Shown: in pieces, positions 18,309-26,962 of the stretch
Layout of the letters: every line of letters begins with the position of its first letter
How positions within the stretch are numbered: position 1 is the first letter of the stretch
Assembly (NCBI GenBank): GCA_001777665.1
Contig: MFEQ01000003.1
Coordinates: 11,258-75,257 of the forward strand
DNA: 64,000 nucleotides
Reading direction: 5' to 3'
From: Candidatus Doudnabacteria bacterium RIFCSPHIGHO2_02_FULL_42_25
Lineage (GTDB): Bacteria; Patescibacteriota; Doudnabacteria; UBA920; O2-02-FULL-48-8
Notes under the pieces: model-generated
What the model was told of the DNA's origin: nothing
Seen by the model: only the letters and a program-made list of their open reading frames with translations
Database searches by the model: none
Translations under genes and position numbers: made by a program

Positions 18309-18936
18309 AATTGATTAAAGGTTCAACTGGAGCTGTTTCTGCAATTATTTTTGCAGAAGCTAAGACTGCTGGCAAATGTTTTAGGTAAGCTCCTTTAGTA
18401 TAAGCATACCAAGGTTGGAATCCACGTCGAGAATACATTTCTAACGCGACATCCAAGTTATACTTACAATCCTGTAACTGTTCGAATGTGTGCCATGGAT
18501 TTCCTGGTCTCCAGTTAATCTGGGCCAATCCGATGTCGACTGAACCGTTGCGGTTCAATCCACGATTATCTCTGGTACATTCATGAGTACCATTTTCTGC
18601 CTTGAGGACGGCAATAAAGATATTACATTTATTGATGTCGCCAATTTTTGGACAGATATATGCTCGAATTTCTGGTTCGTGCATATAGACTCGAGCGTCA
18701 CCTACTGTTTTTGGAGGTAAAGCATATTTAGATGCTGACTTTGCAACTGGTGTCGGGGTCACAACTGGTTCAGGTTTTGGTTCAGTCTTTTTTCCTTCGA
18801 GAATTTTAGTTAAATCAGAAATTTTTATTTCAAAGACAAGGGTTGTTTTGTTTTCGGTAGCAGCTGACACATGAATTGGGAACACCATAGTGCTCACGAC
18901 CATGATCAGCATTACCCAGACAAAACGTCTAGTCAT
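18307..18936 (-). CDS. secreted lytic transglycosylase/lysozyme-like (GH23-like) protein
   Basis: Signal peptide, Pro-rich linker, and SVDIGLAQIN, the SLT-type catalytic motif. Confidence 0.6.
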   Translation of the reverse strand: MTRRFVWVMLIMVVSTMVFPIHVSAATENKTTLVFEIKISDLTKILEGKKTEPKPEPVVTPTPVAKSASKYALPPKTVGDARVYMHEPEIRAYICPKIGDINKCNIFIAVLKAENGTHECTRDNRGLNRNGSVDIGLAQINWRPGNPWHTFEQLQDCKYNLDVALEMYSRRGFQPWYAYTKGAYLKHLPAVLASAKIIAETAPVEPLIN

Positions 18937-19170
18937 TGAATAATGCTTTCTTAGCTTTGGTTATTCATAGCTCCTGGCTACGGATAAACAAAGTTGGTTA
19001 GACCTTATAATTTATAAAGAGCTTGATTTTGTTTGCGTAACCCTGCAAATATGGGCTTTTTGACAACATTAGGCTTTTATGGCGTAATGTTGCCTGCCCC
19101 GCCCTGTCCGGAGACAGGGTCGGGTACGCAACTATCAATCTTAGCATAAAACGCCAGCTTTGTCAAGGCT

Positions 19171-19200
19171 TGATCATTGCCCCATATTTGGGCTATAATC
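19171..19200 (+). promoter_or_regulatory. promoter of tRNA cluster (TTGATC-18-TATAAT)
   Basis: -10 TATAAT lies 12 nt upstream of tRNA-Leu(GAG). Confidence 0.5.
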
Positions 19201-19212
19201 AACCAGTTGTAT

Positions 19213-19299
19213 GCGCGGGTGCTGTAACTGGTAGCCAGGCTGCCTTGAGGTGGCAGTGCTCTTACGAGCGTGGAGGTTCGAGTCCTCTCCCGCGCACCA
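19213..19299 (+). tRNA. tRNA-Leu(GAG), type II
   Basis: Anticodon loop TTGAGGT. Variable arm GCTC-TTAC-GAGC, then CCA. Confidence 0.85.
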
Positions 19300-19300
19300 C

Positions 19301-19377
19301 GGACGGTTAGCTCAGCTGGTTAGAGCGCCTCGTTTACACCGAGGAGGTCGCAGGTTCGAATCCTGCACCGTCCACCA
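19301..19377 (+). tRNA. tRNA-Val(TAC)
   Basis: GGACGGTTAGCTCAGCTGGTTAGAGC..., anticodon loop TTTACAC, T-arm GCAGGTTCGAATCCTGC, then CCA. Confidence 0.85.
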
Positions 19378-19403
19378 GAAGAATTTGGTATAATGTACAT
19401 CAC

Positions 19404-19690
19404 GCCGCGGTAGCTCAGCGGTAGAGCGCAGCCCTAAATATCTTTGGGGCCAGAATCAGTAATGGTTCTTGAGAAAAATTGGGTGAATTCGGGGGAACCC
19501 CAGTCATGCTGGACAATCCCGAGCCAAGCCAGAAAGGGCAATGGTTTTCTGGAAGGTGTAGAGACTAGCAAGTGAGTCCCAACAATAATCTTGCAAACAG
19601 CGCCCAACTCCTTTAGTAAGGATGATGATATAGTCCACATAGCTTCGGAAGAGGCTGGCGTCGGGTGTTCGACTCACCCCCGCGGCACCA
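19404..19690 (+). tRNA. tRNA-Phe(GAA) interrupted by a group I intron after U33 (exons 19404-19435 and 19648-19690)
   Basis: Exons assemble to GCCGCGGTAGCTCAGCGGTAGAGCGCAGCCCU|GAAGAGGCUGGCGTCGGGTGTTCGACTCACCCCCGCGGCACCA. P1 (GCCCU/GGGGC) and P10 (GAAGA/UCUUU) pairings fix the splice sites. Confidence 0.75.
19436..19647 (+). ncRNA. group I (IC3-like) self-splicing intron in the tRNA-Phe anticodon loop
   Basis: Conserved blocks match the Azoarcus tRNA-Ile intron: GAAGGTGTAGAGACTAG, CGAGCCAAGC, GCAAAC. The 5' exon ends in U and the intron ends in G. Confidence 0.8.
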
Positions 19691-19763
19691 GAAATATTTG
19701 ATGTTCTTTAAAAACCGAACCCTTAATGGTATAATAGACAGGTAAATAACTATAGTTTTAATT

Positions 19764-20432
19764 ATGGCTAGAAACGATAAACATTTAGCACTGCTATTAA
19801 GAAAATCTGGGAAAAGTTATGGTTTTATAAGTCGAGAGTTGCAAATTCCCAAAAGCACTTTATCAGAATGGTTTAGTGGTCTTAAGTGGTCAGGTATTGT
19901 AAAAAATAAACTTATCACAAAGGCCAACTTGCTAGCACAAAAGCGGATGCGTTTAATGGCGAAAGCTAATCAAAAACGCTGGCTAGATTGGAGAGCAGGA
20001 TATCGGTTACAAGCTATAGAAGAATTTGAGCTATTGAAGAATAACCCTTTATTTATCTCGGGTGTAATGCTTTATTGGGCAGAGGGAGATAATGGTAAAA
20101 AAAGTAGTAATGTTCGACTAGCCAATATTGATCCACGAATGATCCGAATTTTTATCAAATTCGCTTTAAAGATTTGCAAAGTTTCAAAAGCAAATATTAG
20201 AATCGGTTTGATTTTATATCCTGATTTAAAGGATACAGTATGCAAAAGTTTTTGGAGTAAATATTTAAAAATACCTATCGTTCAGTTTCATAAAACTCAA
20301 GTGATTAAAGGGAATCATCCTACAAAAAGACTCGAATACGGCATTTGTATGGTCAGAATTGGTGGAGCAGGACTAAAGGAAAAAATAAAAGTTTGGATAG
20401 ATCTATGTTCAAAAGAAATTATGCGGGTATAG
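19764..20432 (+). CDS. free-standing LAGLIDADG-like homing endonuclease-like protein with N-terminal HTH
   Basis: FISGVMLYWAEGDNGKK...VRLANIDPRMIRIFIKF resembles the second LAGLIDADG block of I-DmoI (FIKGLYVAEGDKT...LRIWNKNKALLEIV). 3' end overlaps tRNA-Gly by 10 nt. Confidence 0.45.
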   Translation: MARNDKHLALLLRKSGKSYGFISRELQIPKSTLSEWFSGLKWSGIVKNKLITKANLLAQKRMRLMAKANQKRWLDWRAGYRLQAIEEFELLKNNPLFISGVMLYWAEGDNGKKSSNVRLANIDPRMIRIFIKFALKICKVSKANIRIGLILYPDLKDTVCKSFWSKYLKIPIVQFHKTQVIKGNHPTKRLEYGICMVRIGGAGLKEKIKVWIDLCSKEIMRV

Positions 20433-20496
20433 TATAGGGGTAATACACTTGCTTGCCAAGCAAGACAGGCGGGTTCGAGTCCCGCTACCCGCTCCA
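20423..20496 (+). tRNA. tRNA-Gly(GCC)
   Basis: GCGGGTATAGTATAGGGGTAATAC..., anticodon loop TTGCCAA, T-arm GCGGGTTCGAGTCCCGC, then CCA. Confidence 0.85.
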
Positions 20497-20625
20497 ACAA
20501 AGGCACTCAATGTTTCATTGGGTGTTTTTGTTTACAGGTAATAATAATTAGAACCGAAGCTAAATAATGGCATAGTAGGATGTGCTAAGTCGCTTTGCTA
20601 AGAACTTTCTGATAAACTATGAAAT

Positions 20626-21459
20626 ATGCCAGATAAATATAATCCAACTGAAGATGAAATGAAAGCTGCAGAAGCGATGCTGACTGATGAGCAGAGAGCA
20701 ATGTCAGAGGAAAGAGAAAATGATATAGAAAAATTTAAGCCAGTTCCTATTGTAAAAGTTAGTGAACTAATAAAAGGAATAAACACCGAAAATCTGCCAG
20801 ATGACTTGGAGGGACAAGCTAAGATAAATATGACGAAGATTAGAGAATTGGGACTAAACGAGGGGGGTGATTCAACATCACCATTCACTGATAGCCTAAC
20901 CGCCTCTTTTTCCGCAGACCTAGAAAGCATTTATAAAGGTGAAAGAAAAATGAAAGAATTATTCAGTGACTGGAAAGACCAAATTGTTGTAGACTTAGGT
21001 GCAGGAAGTTATCCATCGGCTTATCATATTGCAGGGAAATATAAAGCCAAAGGATTTGTAGCTGTTGAAGCATTTCATCCTCATAATTTAGCAAGCTATT
21101 TTTCACGAGCACAGAACCCCTATGACCGTTCAGATAAAAGCGGAATTAACAAACACTCATATTGGTATAGGTTTCCTGAAAGAATTCCTGTGGCTATCGT
21201 GCCAGAGGATATGTTGTCTTTCCTGAAAAGATTGCCAGATAATTCTGTAAGTGTTTATGCGGGTAATATTGATTTAGACTTAATACCTCGGAAATATCAT
21301 AATCAGGTCGCAGCAGAAATTGCCAGAGTTTTAGACCCTAATGGCTCATTTGTTTCAGCAGGGTCTGATTTTCACTTGGATAAAGACAATGATTTTTCAG
21401 TTGACCATTTTTCACAAGGTAGCGGTGGATATGATATAGATATTTTTAAAAAAAAGTGA
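20626..21459 (+). CDS. hypothetical protein (possible Rossmann/SAM-MTase-like motif VVDLGAGSY)
   Basis: 277 aa, acidic N-terminus. The DLGAG motif alone is weak evidence. Confidence 0.45.
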   Translation: MPDKYNPTEDEMKAAEAMLTDEQRAMSEERENDIEKFKPVPIVKVSELIKGINTENLPDDLEGQAKINMTKIRELGLNEGGDSTSPFTDSLTASFSADLESIYKGERKMKELFSDWKDQIVVDLGAGSYPSAYHIAGKYKAKGFVAVEAFHPHNLASYFSRAQNPYDRSDKSGINKHSYWYRFPERIPVAIVPEDMLSFLKRLPDNSVSVYAGNIDLDLIPRKYHNQVAAEIARVLDPNGSFVSAGSDFHLDKDNDFSVDHFSQGSGGYDIDIFKKK

Positions 21460-21591
21460 AAGAACAATCTTAGTAATGCGGGCAGCCATTTTTAATTGAT
21501 TTTAGCTGTTTCCAATGTTAGGCTTGGGATAAAGAAGCGGTCGGCAGTGGTCTGCCAATAGGTTCTAACGTTCTCCACTAACCCGCTCAAA

Positions 21592-21624
21592 GAAAAAACT
21601 CCACTTAGTGTGGAGTTTTTTCTT
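21592..21624 (+). terminator. rho-independent terminator (actccacttagtgtggagttttttc)
   Basis: Perfect 8-bp stem plus a T-run. Confidence 0.75.
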
Positions 21625-21697
21625 TGTAAAGTTATGTTACGATCCCTAAGACATTTTAACAATTGCCAAATAGCTTCTGAAAAGCTATTGTTACCAT

Positions 21698-22048
21698 ATG
21701 TTAAACATAATATTAATTTTAATCTTGGGCTTACTAGTCACTTTTTTTGCGATTCAAAATAGCGCCATAGTTACCATCAAACTTGGGAACTATAGTTTTG
21801 ACCAAGTGCCTCAATATCTGGTCATTATTTTGTCCTTAATTTTAGGATTCCTTATTTCTTGGCTTTTAAGCTTAGTTGATTTTATTTCTTCTTGGTTTAA
21901 GATTTTTGGTAAAGATAGAAAAATCAATGAAAGTAAAATAATCGTGACGGACTTAAAGAATAAAATTCATGAACTGGAAATTGAAAATGTGCAGTTGAAG
22001 GAAAGAATCAAAACTGCACCTTTCAAGGGCCCGACACATCAGGTCTAA
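21698..22048 (+). CDS. LapA/DUF1049-family small membrane protein
   Basis: Two N-terminal TM helices followed by a coiled-coil tail. Confidence 0.5.
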   Translation: MLNIILILILGLLVTFFAIQNSAIVTIKLGNYSFDQVPQYLVIILSLILGFLISWLLSLVDFISSWFKIFGKDRKINESKIIVTDLKNKIHELEIENVQLKERIKTAPFKGPTHQV

Positions 22049-22087
22049 AAAGCCTCTCTGCCTCACCGATATAAAATATCAGGAACC

Positions 22088-22873
22088 CTAAAATTTTCTC
22101 TCTTTGCCGACGATCATTTTTAGGGCTTTTGGTAATAGCTCTATGGTCGCTGGAGTTTTGGCGACTATTTTTCCGTTGAGTGTCAGCGGCAATCCTTCTG
22201 GTAGAACTAGTTCCATTTTCATCACATGCAAAACCGATGTCAGAGCTATTTGCTCATAATATTTAGCCTTCAGGATTCGACGTTTGAGAAAAGCCGTGAC
22301 TTTGGAAATTGATGGCATTAATAGAACGTCCAGTACCCCATCTGTCGGATCCCCGATTTTGCTGTAAGATTCATTATATCTCATGTTTATAATCGCACCG
22401 AGTGTGAAATTCTGGCGAGCTTGGAATCGATCATCAGCTCGAAAACTAATTTCAGAAAGAGTTTCAGCGTCACCCAGAGCTATTTGAGTTAGAAATAAAT
22501 ATTCATTAACCATAGCTAGATCGATAGATTCGACTCGCCGGAAAGCAATGGTTTGCGCTGCTTGCGGGATATCTTTGATCCCGAGGATTTTGGCAATTTC
22601 ACTATCCACCAGGGGGATAAAGCCTATGACCATATCACGTCTGCCAACGGCGTTGATAACTTCATGGAGTGTCGCTTCACTCCCTACCGCCACTATTGTT
22701 TTTGCTTCGTGGGCAAATGCATTTTCGACTAATTGGGGAATGGTTCGGACTCCAGTTGCTCGCACGACTTCGCCAGAAATTCGAAATTCAGACAAAGACG
22801 AGTACAAAATACTTTGTACTCGTTCAAATTCTTTTTGTGTTAGTTGTTCTGGATCAACGATATAGTAGTACAT
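22088..22873 (-). CDS. diacylglycerol/lipid kinase catalytic-domain-like protein with degenerate GGDGT motif
   Basis: AVGSEATLHEVINAV sits where AVGGDGTLHEVVNG is expected. Confidence 0.45.
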   Translation of the reverse strand: MYYYIVDPEQLTQKEFERVQSILYSSLSEFRISGEVVRATGVRTIPQLVENAFAHEAKTIVAVGSEATLHEVINAVGRRDMVIGFIPLVDSEIAKILGIKDIPQAAQTIAFRRVESIDLAMVNEYLFLTQIALGDAETLSEISFRADDRFQARQNFTLGAIINMRYNESYSKIGDPTDGVLDVLLMPSISKVTAFLKRRILKAKYYEQIALTSVLHVMKMELVLPEGLPLTLNGKIVAKTPATIELLPKALKMIVGKERKF

Positions 22874-22874
22874 A

Positions 22875-23237
22875 TCATTCCTGCGGTTCCATTATCGGTA
22901 GCTTTGGTTCATTCATCTTACACGCACCAGAAAAGTATGCACCTTCTCTGACACTAAGCGTGCCACAACTGATGTTGCCGATAATTTTTCCGGTTTCGAG
23001 AATCATCAATGCACCTTTCACGATAACATTGCCTTGAATAGTGCCGGCGATGGTAGCATTTGCTGCATTCACATCAGCTTCGATTCTTGCATTTGGACCG
23101 ATCATTAGATCACGACTGGTTTGGACTTTGCCATGAACCACGCCATCTATACTTATATTGCCATTCGATTTCAACTCTCCTTCAATCCGCATTGAAGATG
23201 AGACGACGGTATCTGGATGTTCTTGAATCTTGGCCAT
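22875..23237 (-). CDS. bactofilin
   Basis: Beta-helical repeat pattern (I.G.V.G.V...D..IG..A...). Confidence 0.7.
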   Translation of the reverse strand: MAKIQEHPDTVVSSSMRIEGELKSNGNISIDGVVHGKVQTSRDLMIGPNARIEADVNAANATIAGTIQGNVIVKGALMILETGKIIGNISCGTLSVREGAYFSGACKMNEPKLPIMEPQE

Positions 23238-23701
23238 TATTTTGCTTTTTTAATTGCTTCTACTTCTTCTTCAGTGAGTTGTGATTCAGATAATCCGCTT
23301 CGAACTACTTTTGCGTAAACTCTAGTTCCATCACGACCATGTAATGAGGAAAGCACAAATCCATCATTGTGTGAATTCAGCAGAGCTAAAGCAAAACTGA
23401 TATTGCCACCTGCATCATCAAACGGATTAAATCGGATAAAACCAATTTTTTGAAAATTTTGGGTGTTGTCTTTCTGGCCTTGAGCGATTTCTTTTTCGAT
23501 TTGTCGAATGTCTTTATTGATAATACTGATGGAGCGGTTTTGCTCGACTAAAATTTGCTCCAAATCTTTCTTGATTCCAGAAGAAAAAAATTCTTTTCGG
23601 ACTTGGTTGAGCTTGGTCACCCTGATCACTAACCAAATTACAGCCAATAGCAACAAGCCGGATAAACCTAGCGATAAATATAGCAAATTTGTCTCATTCA
23701 T
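23237..23701 (-). CDS. DUF4446-like hypothetical protein with N-terminal TM helix
   Basis: FNPFDDAGGNISFALALLN...GFVLSSLHGRDGTRVYAK. Overlaps bactofilin by 1 nt. Confidence 0.45.
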   Translation of the reverse strand: MNETNLLYLSLGLSGLLLLAVIWLVIRVTKLNQVRKEFFSSGIKKDLEQILVEQNRSISIINKDIRQIEKEIAQGQKDNTQNFQKIGFIRFNPFDDAGGNISFALALLNSHNDGFVLSSLHGRDGTRVYAKVVRSGLSESQLTEEEVEAIKKAK

Positions 23702-23899
23702 GCCGACATTATATACTAATGCAATGGATATAGTAAATCAACGGGAACAAGAAGAGTACGACCAGGTTCGCAGAGATTTGATTTTTGTGGTCACTATGAA
23801 CGCAATTTTCTTTGCGATTTTGATCGGACTTTATTTCTTCAATCGTTCGACTGGTTCAGTCGACCAATTCTTCGCCCAAGTTCTGAAATTTTAATCTGA

Positions 23900-23970
23900 G
23901 GGCTTATGGTCCAGTGGTAAGACGCCACATTCGCATTGTGGAGACGTGGGTTCGATTCCCGCTAAGTCCA
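23900..23970 (+). tRNA. tRNA-Ala(CGC), no encoded CCA
   Basis: GGGCTTA...TAAGTCC acceptor with G3:U70. Anticodon loop TTCGCAT. T-arm GTGGGTTCGATTCCCGC. Confidence 0.75.
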
Positions 23971-24033
23971 AAGCAGTAGATTTGGTTCAAATATGTATGG
24001 ATTCCATTTGAGGTCTGTGGTATAAAAACAAAC

Positions 24034-24963
24034 ATGAAAATGAAAAATTTCAAACTCAAGAAATATTTACCGAACACCAAGGCCAGTGCGATTATTCTTG
24101 CGTGTTTTTTAATACTCGGCCTTTGGCAGCAGACTCGTTCGAGTTGGAGTGCAACTCTAATCCATCTCAATCGCCTCCTCAATAAAAATATTTTTCAATC
24201 GGGCGCTGTAAATGGCCATGCGATCACGACCAGACTAGATGTCCCATTCCATCGCCAAGAGCATTCGCTTAGCTGTGAAATTGCAGCACTAAAGATGGCG
24301 CTATCTGCTTATGGGTTAGACATTCCTGAATCAGAATTGATCGACAGGATGCCATTTGGTCCCATGAACTCTGATCCGAACGAAGTGTTTGTTGGTAATA
24401 TTGATGGGCGCATGCCAACTACCGGGTATGGAGTTTATTGGTCACCGATTGCCAAAGTCGGCAATGCTTATTTGCGCTCAGAAATTTTTCAAGCATCGCC
24501 AGCTACTGTCGCGGAACACATCAATGCCGGTCGCCCCATAGTCATGTGGGGATACTTCGGCCGTGGCAGTAGAATTGATTGGACAACTCCAGAGGGCAAA
24601 AGGATCCCAGCGGTGATGGGTGAACATGCCCGAACGATTATTGGTTTTAGTGGTGATATCGATGCTCCAGATGGGTTTGTGGTCATGGACCCGATCTACG
24701 GTGAACAATTCTGGTCCACATCTGATCTATTTAGTAATTGGTTACCATTTGATAAAATGGGAGTAGTCATCTATCCCCATAGCAAATGGGTCAGAATTGA
24801 GGGAAGTCCGACAATTTGGGAAATTTCCTCTGATGCCAAGATTAAATACCCTCTAGCTATGAATTGGGCCCGATTTCTCGAATATGGCGGAGTCCCCGAT
24901 GGAGTAAAGCTTATCTCAAGTCAGGAATTAAGCACTATGACCAATGGTTTCTTGATTTACTAA
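24034..24963 (+). CDS. membrane-anchored C39-like (papain-fold) cysteine peptidase domain protein
   Basis: N-terminal TM helix. VPFHRQEHSLSCEIAALKMAL carries the Cys, and a downstream His lies in HARTIIGF. Confidence 0.55.
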   Translation: MKMKNFKLKKYLPNTKASAIILACFLILGLWQQTRSSWSATLIHLNRLLNKNIFQSGAVNGHAITTRLDVPFHRQEHSLSCEIAALKMALSAYGLDIPESELIDRMPFGPMNSDPNEVFVGNIDGRMPTTGYGVYWSPIAKVGNAYLRSEIFQASPATVAEHINAGRPIVMWGYFGRGSRIDWTTPEGKRIPAVMGEHARTIIGFSGDIDAPDGFVVMDPIYGEQFWSTSDLFSNWLPFDKMGVVIYPHSKWVRIEGSPTIWEISSDAKIKYPLAMNWARFLEYGGVPDGVKLISSQELSTMTNGFLIY

Positions 24964-24969
24964 CCCCCT

Positions 24970-25692
24970 ATGAAACGATTAATTTTTATTATTCTACTTG
25001 GTATCGCTGCTGCGGCCGGTTTTAACTATTATCAGAATATGAGGGGTTCGAATGTCGATTTACCCAAGCCTAAACCATATACCACTCCAAATCCAGCTAT
25101 TCCACCACCGACGACTTTGCCTGTGGAAATCAATCTCAAAGTCCCCTTCACTTCTCAAGCTCCACACGCGAACTGGGAAGATCCTTACGGAGAATTTTGT
25201 GAAGAAGCGTCAGCTTTAATGGCGGCGTTTTATTTGCAAAATAAATCGATCGCATCTGCGAATCTGGCTGATCAGGAATTACTGAAAATAAAAGCGTTTG
25301 AAGAGGGTTGGTTTGGTTATTACAAAGACACCACAGCCAAAGAAACTATGACAATTTTGAAAGAGTATTTTGGGATTTCTGATTCCAAGTTAGAATTGAT
25401 ATATCGCCCAAGTTCCACTCAAATGAAAGAATTTCTTGCCGAAGGCAAAATTATTCTTGTCCCAGCAGCTGGAAGATTACTCCCCAACCCGAATTATCGA
25501 TCCCCTGGCCCTCTTTATCACATGATTGTAGTCAAGGGCTATACCAAAGATGACCAGTTTATCACGAATGATCCGGGCACTAGAAATGGTGCAGATTTCT
25601 TATTTGATTATAATGATGTCTTAAATGCCATGCACGATTGGAATGGCGGCGATGTCATGTTTGGCGACAAAGTGATTATCGTTGTCGGATAA
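24970..25692 (+). CDS. membrane-anchored C39-like cysteine peptidase domain protein (paralog)
   Basis: VPFTSQAPHANWEDPYGEFCEEASALMAAFYL and HMIVVKGYTKDD. Tandem with the previous gene. Confidence 0.55.
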   Translation: MKRLIFIILLGIAAAAGFNYYQNMRGSNVDLPKPKPYTTPNPAIPPPTTLPVEINLKVPFTSQAPHANWEDPYGEFCEEASALMAAFYLQNKSIASANLADQELLKIKAFEEGWFGYYKDTTAKETMTILKEYFGISDSKLELIYRPSSTQMKEFLAEGKIILVPAAGRLLPNPNYRSPGPLYHMIVVKGYTKDDQFITNDPGTRNGADFLFDYNDVLNAMHDWNGGDVMFGDKVIIVVG

Positions 25693-26962
25693 TTTCTCTT
25701 ACAATTTTTCTATCATCCCACGGAATATAGCCGTCCTTCACGGCTATTTTTTGTTCAGCACCTTTGCCTGTGAGAATTATTAAATCATTTTCTTGGGCCA
25801 GCGAAATTGCTTTCATAATTGCTTGGCGCCGATCTAAAATTTTAAAAAGATTTTGATCCAGAATTTTATTTTTTTCTAAAGCCCCAGCAGCCACATCATC
25901 AATAATTTTTCGCGGATCATCATTGTATGGATCTTCGTTAGTGACGATGACTGTATCAGCATTCTCGCCAGCTATGTTGCCGAGAATTTTTCGTCGATCT
26001 ATGTCTCGCCCGCCACCAGTGGAACCAAGTACATGAATAATTTTTGCATGTTGCCAGTTTTGTACTGTGGCGTACATTTGTGTCAATCCGATCGGTTCTG
26101 GTGCATAGTCGACTAAGACTTTGAAATTCTGTCCTTCATCGATTAGTTCCATTCGTCCAGGTATCCCCGGAATTTTTTCCAATGCGGATTTAGAAGTTGC
26201 CAAATCGATGTCAAAAATCTTAGCAGTAGTTATAGCAGCTAGTGAATTATAAATATCAAAAAGACCTTTTAAATGCAGGTTAAAATCAACATTTTCAAAA
26301 GTGAAACCAATCCCCGCTTCGGTATTATTTATATTCCTCAATCCGTGTCTACTAAACGTAATTTTTTTATCCACTCGGAAGTTTAAAAATTCTTGCGCAT
26401 ACAGATCGTCAGCATTGACCACGATCGCTTTTGGAATTTTTTTGTTGTCTATAATTTTTTCAGGCAAATTTTCTAAGTAGTGAAAGTATTCAAGTTTCGC
26501 CGCTTTATATTTTTCAAATCCACCGTGAGCTTGGAGATGTTCCGGTGTGAGGTTGGTAAAGACCATGCAATCATATGCTACACCAATCTGTCGGTGCTGC
26601 AAAATTCCTTCAGAGGACGATTCTATAATCATGAACTGACAACCGGTCGTAACTGCTTGGCGCATCAAGTGTTGGAGAAATAATCTACCAGGCATAGTCA
26701 TTTTTAGATTGTTCAACTTATCATCATCCCCTACTTTAAAGTTGACTGTGGAACTAATCGCAGTTTTGTACCCTGCTTCTTCTAAAATTTTTGAAATTAA
26801 ATTTACTGTCGTACTTTTTCCGTTCGTGCCAGTGACCCCGATCACAATTAAATTCTTCGATGGATGACCATATGCCAGCGCAGCCAAATTCGCCAATACT
26901 AAATGGTAGATACTTAGTAAAGAATTCGGAACAAATAGTTTAATGAAGTTCTTGAGTGTCAT
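25676..26962 (-). CDS. Mur ligase family protein (MurE-like)
   Basis: P-loop VIGVTGTNGKSTT and TNLTPEHLQAHGGFEKYKAAK. Shorter than canonical MurE. Confidence 0.65.
   Translation of the reverse strand: MTLKNFIKLFVPNSLLSIYHLVLANLAALAYGHPSKNLIVIGVTGTNGKSTTVNLISKILEEAGYKTAISSTVNFKVGDDDKLNNLKMTMPGRLFLQHLMRQAVTTGCQFMIIESSSEGILQHRQIGVAYDCMVFTNLTPEHLQAHGGFEKYKAAKLEYFHYLENLPEKIIDNKKIPKAIVVNADDLYAQEFLNFRVDKKITFSRHGLRNINNTEAGIGFTFENVDFNLHLKGLFDIYNSLAAITTAKIFDIDLATSKSALEKIPGIPGRMELIDEGQNFKVLVDYAPEPIGLTQMYATVQNWQHAKIIHVLGSTGGGRDIDRRKILGNIAGENADTVIVTNEDPYNDDPRKIIDDVAAGALEKNKILDQNLFKILDRRQAIMKAISLAQENDLIILTGKGAEQKIAVKDGYIPWDDRKIVREIIRQR

Noticed and set aside
19434-19640. 68-aa minus-strand ORF
   Set aside because: Lies entirely inside the group I intron of tRNA-Phe. 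It is an artefact of the intron sequence.
20315-20506. 63-aa minus-strand ORF
   Set aside because: Antisense to tRNA-Gly(GCC) and to the 3' end of the LAGLIDADG-like gene.
23700-23894. 64-aa + strand membrane-peptide ORF
   Set aside because: Its ATG overlaps the divergent start of the DUF4446 gene, leaving zero promoter space. Kept only as a remote possibility.
23904-24182. 92-aa minus-strand ORF
   Set aside because: Antisense to tRNA-Ala(CGC) (23900-23970) and to the start of the C39-like peptidase gene.
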